From contig NC_068982.1 in NCBI RefSeq assembly GCF_001194135.2, positions 64,636,899 through 64,672,251 on the forward strand: a stretch of 35,353 bases of DNA. Direction: 5' to 3'. The DNA comes from Octopus bimaculoides. Its lineage: Eukaryota. The translations under genes and the position numbers were made by a program. Of the stretch, positions 11,058 through 21,721 are shown one piece after another. The notes under the pieces are model-generated. The model was not told where the DNA came from. It saw only the letters and a list, made by a program, of their open reading frames with translations, and made no database searches. Position 1 is the first letter of the stretch, and each line of letters starts with the position of its first letter.

Positions 11058-12749
11058 GTAAGTCACCATTGTTTCTTTTGTTCGTTTTAACATTATTTTG
11101 AAAAAAAAATATTCCTTGGGAGTGATGATCCCTACGTTTAGAATACAAAATAAAGATTCTTTTTTTTATTTTCATTTCCCTATTTTCTTGCGTATTTGCA
11201 ATACAAATTAGTTGATTTAAAAAAAAAAACACCCATCTATTTGATATCGATAACTTTCACACGATATGCTGCATCGCTTTTTGTTTGTTCTGGAAGACTA
11301 TTTACAATAAACAAAAATGTCACTATGTATTTTTATACTGAATTACGTTTTCAAAATTTCGACACAAGAAACAGAAATAGTTTAGTAACATATTGCTTAT
11401 GAAGTAATTAAGTGAATCTCAGCAAACATTAATGTTTGAAGTCCGTTATTGCACTCATGAAAATCGTTCATCTTCACGATACACTTCCTATTTTTGAGTC
11501 TAATCGTTTGCTTTGGCGAGATAACTTTACATAGAAACCAAATTATGTTTCATGAATTTGCATGATAGTGCCGAAGATTTTCATTTTTAGGACATTCAAT
11601 GAGGAAAATTCACTAGAATTCGAAGTGTATGCGTGTTCACACAAATTATTTTACGATGAAAATCTTCCATAAATGTACTCATTAAAGCATTACTTGGTTT
11701 CCGTGTGAGGTTATCGAGCCATAGACTAATAATTTGACGCAAAAATATTTAAATATTGGCAGTATTCTGGCTTAAGCACTCCGTATAACTCCCTCGTAAT
11801 TTTTTTGTTTTTTGAAATTTTCAGAAACTTTTGTGAATTTGTATTCTACACACAGGAATTCGAAACATTTTTTTTTTCGGATTCCTACGTTTTAGATGTC
11901 CGAGATTACGAATATGCAAAAAAAAAATTTATACCTCCACATCACACCTCACTACCCTCTTAAAATTTTGAAATTTTTTCTTTCCCTATGTTTTAGATGA
12001 CGGAGATTCCGAATATGCAAGAAACCATGTTTTTAAAATTTTAAATTCAATAAGCATATAGATATGTGTATAAAGAGAGAGATATGAATGTCTTCCTGGA
12101 GCTAAAAACAACGGTAACACCGTATTCTTTTGGACCGCCACATTTAGTTGACAAATATATTTTATGAATAAACGGACAGATAAAAAGATAGACAGATAGA
12201 TAAATAAATGGATGAAAGAGTTTAAAATTGGGGAAGGGGTGAAATTTGAGCCCCTTATTAAACTTTATAACACTAATTATTAAATATTGTTTGTTTCTCA
12301 TAAAATAGTGTATATTTAATTTACATTAAATTATTATTTAAGGCAAACAAGTAAAACGCTAATTCTTTTCACTTTAATCTTTTTGTCTGTATTTAATTCC
12401 TATAAGCATATGTTCATCAAGATTTATGAAGGAGTGAAAAAAAAATGTAATCAAATACACTTCTTTTGCATAATTGTATGAATTCCCATGTGTAGAACAC
12501 AAATTCACAAAAATTTTCTGTTTCACATTTTGGGGAAAATCTCAACCAAAACAGAAATTCTAACTTATATGGAACAGTTACTCCAGAAATTAACCACTTT
12601 TTTTCTTTGGGCTCATCACCCCCATCCATTACCATACTTTGCTAAATGCATATCTTTTAACAAAATTTTCCAAAGATATGTTTAAGAGAGTGTAGTGTTT
12701 GATTATCATGATAAATTTTAGAAAAAGAATTTAATTCTAATCCACACCC

Positions 12750-13126
12750 TTGAAGTGGAGGGAAGTTGTGGAAGAGGGAGACATGAGACAAAGTATTGAA
12801 GGCCGATCTCAAAATGCTGAGCCTCACAGAGGAGCTGACTGAGGACTGGGATATGTGACACATTGCTGTGCTCAAAAAGACCTAACCACAACAGAACTGA
12901 GGCCCTAAAACCAAGGTACCACATAAAAGGCATTGGTATGGGTGTTGGTGCCACGAAAAAAGCACCCAGTACACTCTGTAAAGTGGTTGGCATTAGGAAG
13001 GGCATCCAGCGATAGAAACCCAGCCAAAAGAGACTATGGAACCTGGTGTGGACTCTGGCCTTACCAGTTCTTGTCAAGTCATCCAACTAATGCCAGCATG
13101 GAAAACATGTTAAATATTGATGATGA
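12750..13126 (+). mobile_element. Degenerate RTE-LINE 3' end in survivin intron 1
   Basis: gaagtggagggaagttgtggaagagggagac (EVEGSCGRGR) ... gcatggaaaacatgttaaatattgatgatga tail. Confidence 0.75.
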
Positions 13127-13138
13127 CCCTTGAATACT

Positions 13139-13470
13139 TCATCATCATTTAACGTCTGCTTTCCATGCTGGTATGAGTTAGACAGTTTGCCTGGAACTGG
13201 TAAGCCAGAGGGTTGCACCAGCTTCCAGTCTGATTTGTCATGGTTTCTACAGCTCGATGCCCTTCCTAATGTCAACCACTCCAAGAGTGTAATGGGTGCT
13301 TTTTACATGACACCAGCAACAGCCACAACTACAATTTCACAGGTTCAATTTACATGACACTGGCAATGGCCGCAAGTTGGCTTGAGTCTTCTCAAGCACA
13401 GCATATTGCCAAAGGTCTTGGTCACTTGTCATCGCCTCTGTGAGGTCCAACATTTAAAGATAATGCTACA
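13139..13470 (-). mobile_element. RTE-LINE 3'-tail copy, tail-to-tail with the preceding copy
   Basis: tcatcatcatttaacgtctgctttccatgctgg...tttctacagctcgatgcccttcctaatg...ttctcaagcacagcatattgccaaaggtcttggtcac. Confidence 0.8.
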
Positions 13471-13523
13471 TGCAATGGCCACAATTACAATTTTACATGT
13501 ACCTTTCACATGACAGTGGCAAT

Positions 13524-14365
13524 CATCATCATCATCATCGTCCGCCTTCCATGCTAGCATGGGTTGGACGATTTGACTGAGGACTGGTGAAACCGGATGG
13601 CAACACCAGGCTCCAATCTAATTTGGCAGAGTTTCTACAGCTGGATGCCCTTCCTAACGCCAACCACTCAGAGAGTGTAGTGGGTGCTTTTACGTGTCAC
13701 CCGCACGAAAACGGCCACGCTCAAAATGGTGTCTTTTATGTGCCACCCGCACAAGAGCCAGTCCAGGGGCACTGGCAACGATCCCGCTCGAAAGACCCCA
13801 TGTGTCGCTCGCACACGAGCCAGCCCGGGGGCACCGGCAACGACCTCGCTCGAAAAACCTCATGTGTCACCCACAAGCCGGCCCAGGGGCACCGGCAACG
13901 ATCTCGCTCGAAAGATTTCATGTGTCGCCCGCACGGNNNNNNNNNNNNNNNNNNNNNNNNNNNNNNNNNNNCACATGAGCCAGTCCAGGGGCACTGGCAA
14001 CAATCCCGCTCGAAAGATTTCATGTGTCGCCCGCACATGAGCCAGTCCGGGGGCACTGGCAAACGATCCTGCTCGAAAAAGCCTCATGTGTCACCCGCAC
14101 AAGAGCCAGTCCAGGGGCACTGGCAACGATCCCGCTCGAAAGACCCCATGTGTCGCTCGCACACGAGCCAGCCCGGGGGCACCGGCAACGACCTCGCTCG
14201 AAAAACCTCATGTGTCACCCACAAGCCGGCCCAGGGGCACCGGCAACGATCTCGCTCGAAAGATTTCATGTGTCGCCCGCACGGTTACAACTACTGGCTT
14301 GACAAGTCTTTTCAAACACAACATATTGCCAAAAATCTCGGTCGCTTGTCATCACCTCCATTAGG
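13524..14365 (-). mobile_element. Young RTE-LINE 3'-tail copy carrying an expanded internal VNTR
   Basis: Near-consensus tail at 13524-13690, then the tandem array, then ttttcaaacacaacatattgccaaaaatctcggtcgcttgtcatcacc (antisense of the ORF2 end). Confidence 0.8.
13738..14284. repeat. GC/CpG-rich minisatellite, 58-64-bp unit, interrupted by a 35-N gap (13937-13971)
   Basis: Units start with atgtg at 13738, 13800, 13862, 13920, (gap), 14022, 14086, 14148, 14210, 14268. Blocks 13744-13936 and 14092-14284 are identical (193 bp). Confidence 0.92.
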
Positions 14366-14639
14366 CCCAACATTTGATAGAAACTCATTAAAAAATGTCT
14401 TTAACACAGCCCAATGGCAGTGGGTGGGTTGATGCTTTTCCCCCACTATAATCATAATCTACACCATCTAAAATCTCTGGAATATTTCATTCATAAAATA
14501 TGCATTTTCAAGAAAGTTATGAGGAAACAGTCAGAACCAGCTCACTTCTGTAGTTATGCCAAATAATATCATCAAGTTCCCTTAACTGGTGCAGCCAGTT
14601 GTTTGGATGCCACTCTAAATGCTTTTTCAGTCAGCCATC

Positions 14640-14945
14640 ACCACTGGTCTCCTCTCTGTCAATGGTGTTGTGACCTGTCCAGTCGCTGATGTTGTCAGAC
14701 AAGAATTTTCTGTCTGTCTCTCTTCACCCTTCCTCAACTGAGCCCTGAAGGATGATTTTGGACAGGAAGTTGTGGTTGGATACATGCTCACACAGAAAAG
14801 CTTTCATCTTTTTTATGTGCACTAAGAGTTGTTGCTGTCTGGCAGCAAATTTGTTGCTTCACAAAACCATTCATTTTGTGTTTAGGATGCATAGCAACCT
14901 TCTGAAGCACTTGTGCTTCAATGCCTGGATTCTTCATTCCATGTT
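14640..14945 (-). mobile_element. Decayed ORF2 C-terminal fragment of a second RTE-clade LINE lineage
   Basis: Minus strand reads RIQALKHKCFRRLLCI...KKMKAFLCEHVSNHNFLSKIILQGSVEEG*RETDRKFLSDNISDWTG, similar to the RTE ending RIQAFE.KC.R.LL.I...GHV.RH..LSK.ILQG..EG.R.RGRQRK.W.DNI.EWT. Confidence 0.7.
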
Positions 14946-15780
14946 AGCTATAAAAGTTCAGTTCTCACACTTCTTACAGAAGGATAAAAGTCACCAGAAA
15001 CTTATACACATTGAGTCTCATTGGAAAACTAATGAAGTTGCTTTTCCATATGGTGTTCATCTTTATCATGTAAATTTTTATTTGAAATTGAGTTATTTTC
15101 ACAAATATTCTTTTTCATTGTCTTTCACTGTGAAATTCAGTTGGATTTATGTTCAGGAAATAAATTTAGTTCAGCTGATTATCGATTTTGTTGTTTAGTC
15201 TTAGTCAACTATTATTGTTCATTTAAATCAGACCTATTCTGAATGGCATTCAAACTATGAACATTCCATTCTTCTCATGATCATTATATACCTAGGACTA
15301 CATTAACGAGTGTGTCCTTTGCTTTTTATGATTTTGCTAATTCTAGCAGAAGTCTGGAGAATGTCTAGATGTAATTAATCTGTCCTGTCTGATTTGTTGG
15401 GGACCTCAGTATGCAGTGGTTTATAAGAGTTCTCAAAGTGGACAGTATTGCACCCTAAGAGACAGTGGAAATTTTAAAATGCATATTGGAGAGAAAGAGA
15501 GAGTTAAGAGGTAATAGATGAATCTTATAATTACCCTTATTTTCAAAATTACTTTTTACTATAGCCCCAGAGTGGCCAGTATCTTTTGAATCAATTTGGG
15601 AGACAAAGTAAAACTAAACCAAATTAGAGATATTAAAATTGAAATACATCTTAGTTTACAATATAACCTTAATTACTAAATTAGTTTCCATGAAGCCTAT
15701 ATCAGCATGCGACATGGACATTAAATGATGATTATAAGCAAATATGTGATTCAGGGACTTCAGATTTACTAATAATTCAA

Positions 15781-15915
15781 CATCATCATTTAGCATCCAT
15801 TTTTCCATGCTAATGTGGGTCAGACTAAATTTGTTGAGGCAGATTTTCTACAGATACCATTCCTGTCATCAACCCTCACCTATTTCCAAGCAAGATATTA
15901 TTTCCCATAACTAGA
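15781..15915 (-). mobile_element. Degenerate (GAT)n-tailed retroposon 3' end (family also at 31865-32097)
   Basis: catcatcatttagcatccatttttccatgc...ttgttgaggcagattttctacag...tcaaccctcacctatttccaag. Confidence 0.6.
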
Positions 15916-15976
15916 CTTGTTTTCTACTGAAGACTGGAAATAAGCGCCCTTATTTGACTATTATTTTATTTACTAG

Positions 15977-16086
15977 ATGGCTGCTGCTGGTTTTTATCAT
16001 TGTGGCACAGAAAAGGAACCAGATTATGTCCGATGTTTTGTTTGTCAAAAAGAACTAGATGGTTGGGAGCCTGAGGATGATCCTTG
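15977..16086 (+). CDS. BIRC5: Survivin (BIRC5) exon 2
   Basis: tactag|[36 protein letters not shown](W)|gtgagt; 110 nt, phase 0 to 2; contains the CxxC zinc ligands. Confidence 0.97.
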
Positions 16087-16166
16087 GTGAGTATTTTATT
16101 GGGACTATCCTAAAGTTAAACAAATTGACTACAAGAATGTTAGGCATCTTATAGCTGCATATGTAA

Positions 16167-16485
16167 GGCACATGGCTCAGTGGTTAGAGCATCGAACACA
16201 CAATCATTGGGTAATGAGTTTGATTCCTGAACCGAGCTATGTATTGTGTTCTTGAGCAAGACATTTTATTGCACGTTGTTTCAGTTCACTCAGCTGTAGA
16301 AATGAGTTGCGACATCACTGGTTCCGAGTTGTATCAGCCTTTCCCTTGGATAACGTGAGTGATGTGGAGAGGTGAGGTTGATATGCATGGGCAACTGCTG
16401 GTCTTCCACAAACTATCTTGCCCAGACTTGTCTCAGCGGGGAACTTTCTAGGTGCAATCTCATGGTCATTCATGACCGAAAGGTG
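16167..16485 (+). mobile_element. tRNA-headed SINE in survivin intron 2
   Basis: Homologous over its length to 5306-5615. Confidence 0.85.
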
Positions 16486-17310
16486 TCTTTTATATCTGCA
16501 TATTGAGAATATATCATGAGCCTATTCAGACTCAGCACACAATACTTTATTATCAATATTTGAACCCCACTTTTATAATTATAATTATTTTATGATTATT
16601 TCTACATTCAGTTGGACTCCTAAATTCTAATCATTAACAACTTGGTAATGGTTCATGTAAAGGAACTGAGTTTTTCATCCAAGGATGAGTGAGAGAGAGA
16701 GAGACCTTTTAGTGCCATGTTATAGGCTGATTGACTTCAGCTTACTACAAGTATTTCTACATGAAGGTAATTGCAGATAAAAAGTGTGCTGTCATCATTA
16801 TTAAGAGGTAACCTTCTGGTAAATCCATATTACACTCAATTGATGCACTTTTCCTTTATGTATGTTACTAATGACCTAAGGAAAGGCATGGATATCTGAA
16901 TTTCTCTGTTCCTCCTCACTATCTGCGAAACTGCTGGAGACCTGCTGTGGATGGTGGGTACGGACCGACTCGAGAGCTTTTGTTGAAGGTGAAAAATATT
17001 AAGGATTCAATGAACTCGAGTATATTTTTGATAATAATTTTATTAATAACAGATAAGAAATAATTAAAATTGACTTTGGTAAGATTTGATCTCAGAACGT
17101 AGAGACATTCCTAAAGTATTCAATATGTCACTCAATTATTCCCAGAATATATTTTTAAAATCTTCAAAAATAGTTCTTACGATTTTCTTAACATAATAAC
17201 CTCCCCTATACTATCTACCAATTCTGATGTGTAGGGGAGTTAATACTGATATTTTATAAGCCTAAATACTTGTATCTATAAATTCAATTTTAATTTTTCA
17301 ATCTTTACAG

Positions 17311-17428
17311 GGTAGAACATAAAAATCATTCAAAGGACTGTAAGTTTCTAAAAATGAAGACTGCTATACAAGATCTAACGCTTGAGAATTTTTATAAATT
17401 TCTCCTGATTATCAGAAAAAATAAAGCG
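17311..17428 (+). CDS. BIRC5: Survivin (BIRC5) exon 3
   Basis: tttacag|(W)VEHKNHSKDCKFLKMKTAIQDLTLENFYKFLLIIRKNKA|gtaaga; 118 nt, phase 2 to 0; His and Cys zinc ligands. Confidence 0.95.
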
Positions 17429-18329
17429 GTAAGAGTTTCTTTAAAAAAATAGTTAATTGTCTTTGTTTACTATTATTAACCATTTAGTATTCAGATTACT
17501 CTGTCAAATGTAATGCTTCTTTATTCATATCATTTAGAATTAATGATGCATTATCTTGTAGCTTTGAGATTTTGATGTGATTTCCTGTTTTTTTTAACAA
17601 CATTGTAGGGTAGGTGTGAGAGGCTGAATCTGGCCAGTTTGAACATAAAATAGTGGAATATTTGGGTCAGATACAGCCAGTTCAAATGCTAATGGGTTAA
17701 AGACGTCTCAGATTCTATTAGTTATTCACTGCTTGCAATAGCAGTTTCTTTGCTCAAGTTTTCTAAATATTTAAGCTAGTGCTTGCAAACTTCCTCCAAA
17801 TTAATTTTGGATAAGACTACTTGTGAATTTGATGAGGCTGGTATTCTATTTCAACATTCTTAGGTCTGTGTAGAGAGAAGGTTCTTGAGTGCAGATTTGG
17901 AGAGAATCATTATGCAAAATGATTTTGTATGGGATCTAATGACTGAATACAAAACCACACAGTGCTTATATACATATATATTTTATATATATATATACAC
18001 ACACACACTCACACACACAAACTTTACATGGTTGGTGTTAGGTAAGTCATCCATTTGTAGAAAACAACAACCCAAAGCTGAAATATATGAGATGTGTTCC
18101 TCCAGCCTGGTAAGTAAGTGGTACACACCAAACATGTGGCCTCTTCAACCCATGCCAGCAGGGAAAGTGGATATAAACAGATGATACATTTAGCCTGAAC
18201 CAACCATGTATTTCAAATTACAGATATTGTTTATATATGGGGAACTCATGTATTCATCTTTTCAGCAAGACCCCTGTTCCTGTCAATCTATCATACTTTC
18301 ACATCCTCAATACTGTATCCAGCTCAGTC

Positions 18330-18530
18330 AAGGATCGGTATCTTGTCTTGTGAGTACTTGGTGACCTCACTAGTGTGAGTGCCATAAAAAAAAAGCACCC
18401 AGTACATTCTGTAAAATAATTGGCATTGAGAAGGGCATCAAACTGTAGAGGCCATACCTCAGCAGACATTAGACACAGCTCTTTGGGTCAGTTCTTGTCA
18501 ACCTATCCAACCCATGCTTACAAGGAAAAA
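18330..18530 (+). mobile_element. Degenerate RTE-LINE 3'-tail copy in survivin intron 3
   Basis: aaaagcacccagtacattctgtaaaataattggcattgagaagggcatc...caacccatgcttacaagg. Confidence 0.6.
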
Positions 18531-18719
18531 GATGTCTTTATATAGTAGTCATCAACCAGTCTCACAAAATCCTTTTGACCTCTGATCCTGTCGCATATAT
18601 TAAAGTAGAAAAATGAAGTATATTTCATAACATATCTCTTTGTCTTAATAATAGTTAGATTTTGGTATGTTTATGATATATCAGTCCTTACAAAATTTTT
18701 TACGAACTTTATTTTGCAG

Positions 18720-18800
18720 AAAAAGCAAATGGAAGAGAGTAAAAAAGAATTTGAAACCCTTGGACAGAGAGTTCGTGAAAAAATGGAAGTTTTATTGTGA
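18720..18800 (+). CDS. BIRC5: Survivin (BIRC5) exon 4 (C-terminal helix and stop)
   Basis: attttgcag|KKQMEESKKEFETLGQRVREKMEVLL*; KKEFE..A/G..VR motif as in human survivin; spliced product 144 aa. Confidence 0.92.
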   Translation, partial: KKQMEESKKEFETLGQRVREKMEVLL

Positions 18801-18924
18801 ACAGTTTTTTTTTCTTTTTATCTTTGCTGCATGATCTGATGTTTGTGATTTGAATGCTGATTTTTAAGTGTGTTCTTCTCTTCCTCTTTAAATCAAGATT
18901 TTAATAGAAATTCGGTTTCAATAG

Positions 18925-18930
18925 AATAAA
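18925..18930 (+). terminator. Putative survivin polyadenylation signal AATAAA
   Basis: First AATAAA after the stop, followed by a U-rich stretch. Confidence 0.55.
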
Positions 18931-19669
18931 CAAAGTTTTTATTTGATGGTATTCAGATTCCACAAAAGTAAATATGTATATAATATATTTATTAGTTTTT
19001 GTTATTCATTTTCTATTGAGTTATTCCCTAACACAGGTGTTTACATGAATATATTTATGACCTTTCTCAAAGACATTAATTAGGACATCAGTGATGTTGA
19101 AAATTCATTCCTTACTTGGAGACCACCTTGAAATCTGTTCTGAACCATGATTATTATTGTTATTGACTGCCAGAATTTTCTAAGCAATTGAACATTGTGG
19201 AGTAGACCAAAATTGATTTCAGTTCTTGCTAAGCATTACATTTTACCTACACTGGGAGACACTTCTGATCATCACAACTTTCCCATATTCTTCAGTTGGT
19301 TAATAAAAAGGTATTGCAACTAAAAGAAAAATATTGATAGAAGTGTAAGATGAATAAGTCAAATGTAGAGATAAAAAGTTACTGTATTTAATGGCAATGA
19401 TAAAAAGCTACTATATTTTAGGACGGTGGGCTGGCAGAATTGTTAGCCCAAGAGCAAACCACACTCCATTGACAAAGTAAGATTTTGAAGCTATGCCATG
19501 CTCTGTAGTTTGGTACGCCACTTCTAATTCTACATACAAGATTTGCTTTAAAGTGCAGATGTCTAATTAAAAACTTCCATCAATATTTTAAGCAAAAGTA
19601 TTTTGTAACATAAGTGAATGAAGTTATATAAGAATATAACTGTTCATTCATTGTTTTTATTATTATTTG

Positions 19670-19882
19670 AGGGTGGTGAGCTGGTAGAATTGTTGGAATG
19701 CCAGGCAGAATGCTTAGTGGCATTTCATCCATCTTTACATTCTGAGTCCAAATTCCACTGTGGTCAACCTTGCCCTTTGTCCTTTCAGGGTTACTAGAAT
19801 AAGTACCAGTTGAACATTGGGGTAGATGTAAACAACTTACCCTTCTTCCAAAATTGCTGGCCTTGTGCCAAAATTTGAAACC
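19670..19882 (+). mobile_element. Full-length SINE (gagctggcagaa family)
   Basis: ggtggtgagctggtagaattgttgg...aaaattgctggccttgtgccaaaatttgaaacc. Confidence 0.85.
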
Positions 19883-20070
19883 ATTATATTATATATATAT
19901 ATATACATACACACACACACTCATATATGAATTAGAAGCAGCTCAAAAGATATAAACAATATTGAACACATGCACAAGTTATGTTTTGCTAGTTTGTGAG
20001 TAGGCTGTGCTTATAGGCATAAGAGAATATATTCTAACCTATTTGCCTGGTGTTGAAACACCTGGAAGTC

Positions 20071-20271
20071 ATAGACAAGCGAGATAACTTGCATCTGATC
20101 CCATTCAGGTGCAACAGGCATTGATGTTTCATCATTTTTGTGACTTGTCTACACTGTATACACAAAGCAAGGCCCAGTATAAGCTAAACATCATCATAGA
20201 CAGTAGTTTAGTTTACATTGATGTCGATCACTCATGAATAGGACCGGATGCAAGTTATCTCGCTTGTCTAT
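20071..20271. mobile_element. MITE with ~37-bp terminal inverted repeats
   Basis: atagacaagcgagataacttgcatc (20071-20095) and gatgcaagttatctcgcttgtctat (20247-20271) form a perfect 25-bp inverted repeat that extends 12 more bp with 3 mismatches; TA at both ends is compatible with a TA TSD. Confidence 0.85.
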
Positions 20272-20467
20272 ATAGCAAATCAATAACAAAAGACAAAATC
20301 AGCTACAAAAACCAATAGCCCAAGGGACATATGCAGTTAATATTATTAGGCTGACACTCAAAGGAAAAATGTTAGAATAGAAACAACATTTTTGACATGG
20401 TCTTTCATCAGATATACAGAGAAAAAGCTGATGAAAAAAGAGCCAGAAAAGCTGCACTTGGGTGACT

Positions 20468-21045
20468 CGACCCGGAAAGCCAAGTGAGACCTAAATCCAA
20501 GGCCTTTGCCAGAGGTGTAGCCAGCCCACTTATGCGTACCTCTCCTTCATTGGACACTAAACTCCGCTTGCGAAGACCTGTTGAGGCAAGTGAAATCGAA
20601 ATCGAACTAAATTCAATGACTGGCACCCATGCCAACGTCGTCTCCTTCATTGGACACGAAACTCGGCTTGCGAAGACCTGTTGGGGCAAGCAAAAGCAAA
20701 ATCGTGATGGCACTTATGCCCAGCGTCGCCTTCCTGGCACGTGTAAAGACATTTGAGCGAGATCGTTGCTAGTGCTACTGAACTGGCTCCTGTGCAGGTG
20801 GCACATAAAATACATCATTTTGAGTGTGGCTGTTGCCAGTACCGCCTGACTGGCCTTCATGCCGGTGGCACGTAAAAGCACCTGCTAAACTCTTGGAGTG
20901 GTTGGCGTTAGGAAAGGCATCCAGCTGTAGGAACTCTGCCAAATCAGATTGGAGCCTGGTGTAGCCATCTGGTTCACCAGTCTTCAGTCAAATCGTTCAA
21001 CCCATGCTAGCATGGAAAGCGGACGTTAAACGATGATGATGATGA
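20468..21045 (+). mobile_element. RTE-LINE 3' UTR/tail copy with internal duplication
   Basis: Colinear with 640-1213; ccttcattggacac.aaactc.gcttgcgaagacctgttg.ggcaag occurs twice; (GAT)n tail. Confidence 0.85.
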
Positions 21046-21063
21046 TATATATATATACATAAA

Positions 21064-21287
21064 GGTGGGGTGCAAAAGTAAGTACACAGTATCACGTCAA
21101 TGTTATAATACTTAATTCATTAAAATTATTAGCACATTAAATTAGTTAGCCTTATTTTTGATATTTTCAGTGTCATTTATCATAACTATAATACTTTAAT
21201 CATAATTTTTAATTTTTTTTGATAAAATGAGTATTGTTCGTGTGAACTTTTTTCATAATTGTATACCTACTTTTGCACTACCCTGTA
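21064..21287. mobile_element. Decayed Tc1/mariner-like MITE
   Basis: Left gtgcaaaagtaagtacacagt and right aattgtatacctacttttgcactaccctgta form imperfect TIRs; TA follows the right end. Confidence 0.6.
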
Positions 21288-21311
21288 TATACACACACAC
21301 ACACACACCTG

Positions 21312-21455
21312 ACAGACTTCTTTCAGTTTCCATATATCAAACCCACTTACAAAACTTTGGTCAACCCAGGGTATAGTAAAATACACTTACCCAAGGAGCT
21401 GTTGAGTGGAACTGAACCCAAAACCAAATAGTTGCAAACCAAGCTTCTTAACCAT
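21312..21455 (-). mobile_element. SINE 5' portion (same family as 1650-1957)
   Basis: cttctttcagtttccatatatcaaacccacttacaaaactttggtc...gtggaactgaacccaaaacc. Confidence 0.65.
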
Positions 21456-21578
21456 GCCCCACCACCGTATTTTTTTCTTTGATCATATTGCAGAAATTTA
21501 AAATTTACCAGAAATATATCTTCCTTTCAAAAATCTATACTAAAAACATAAGAAACAGTCCTTGTTTATCTGCTAGCT

Positions 21579-21581
<3 letters not shown>

Positions 21582-21643
<62 letters not shown>
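21582..21643. repeat. (AT)n microsatellite, about 31 units
   Basis: Read directly. Confidence 0.97.
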
Positions 21644-21647
<4 letters not shown>

Positions 21648-21721
21648 TTAACATAACAATAAGATTTACATTTGAAAAAATATATATCTATATGAAATGA
21701 AAAGGAAAGAAATTATAAAAA

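Noticed and set aside
11758-12030. CpG-containing segment with a ~100-bp-spaced repeat (cctacgtttagatg..gagatt.cgaatatgcaa) and a GG-starting end
   Set aside because: Looks like a DNA-transposon subterminal region, but no matching second TIR or TSD was found, so it is left unclassified.
13738-14284. CRISPR-like regular repeats
   Set aside because: Contiguous tandem units with no unique spacers, a eukaryotic context and no cas genes.
13587-14432. 281-aa ORF and overlapping ORFs in several frames
   Set aside because: Products of the GC-rich VNTR and LINE UTR; they span an N gap and have no recognisable domain.
14752-15198. 148-aa plus-strand ORF
   Set aside because: No recognisable domain; its 5' part is antisense to a decayed RTE fragment within survivin intron 1.
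20408-20756. Overlapping 101-aa and 90-aa ORFs
   Set aside because: They lie in the non-coding 3' UTR of the RTE repeat.
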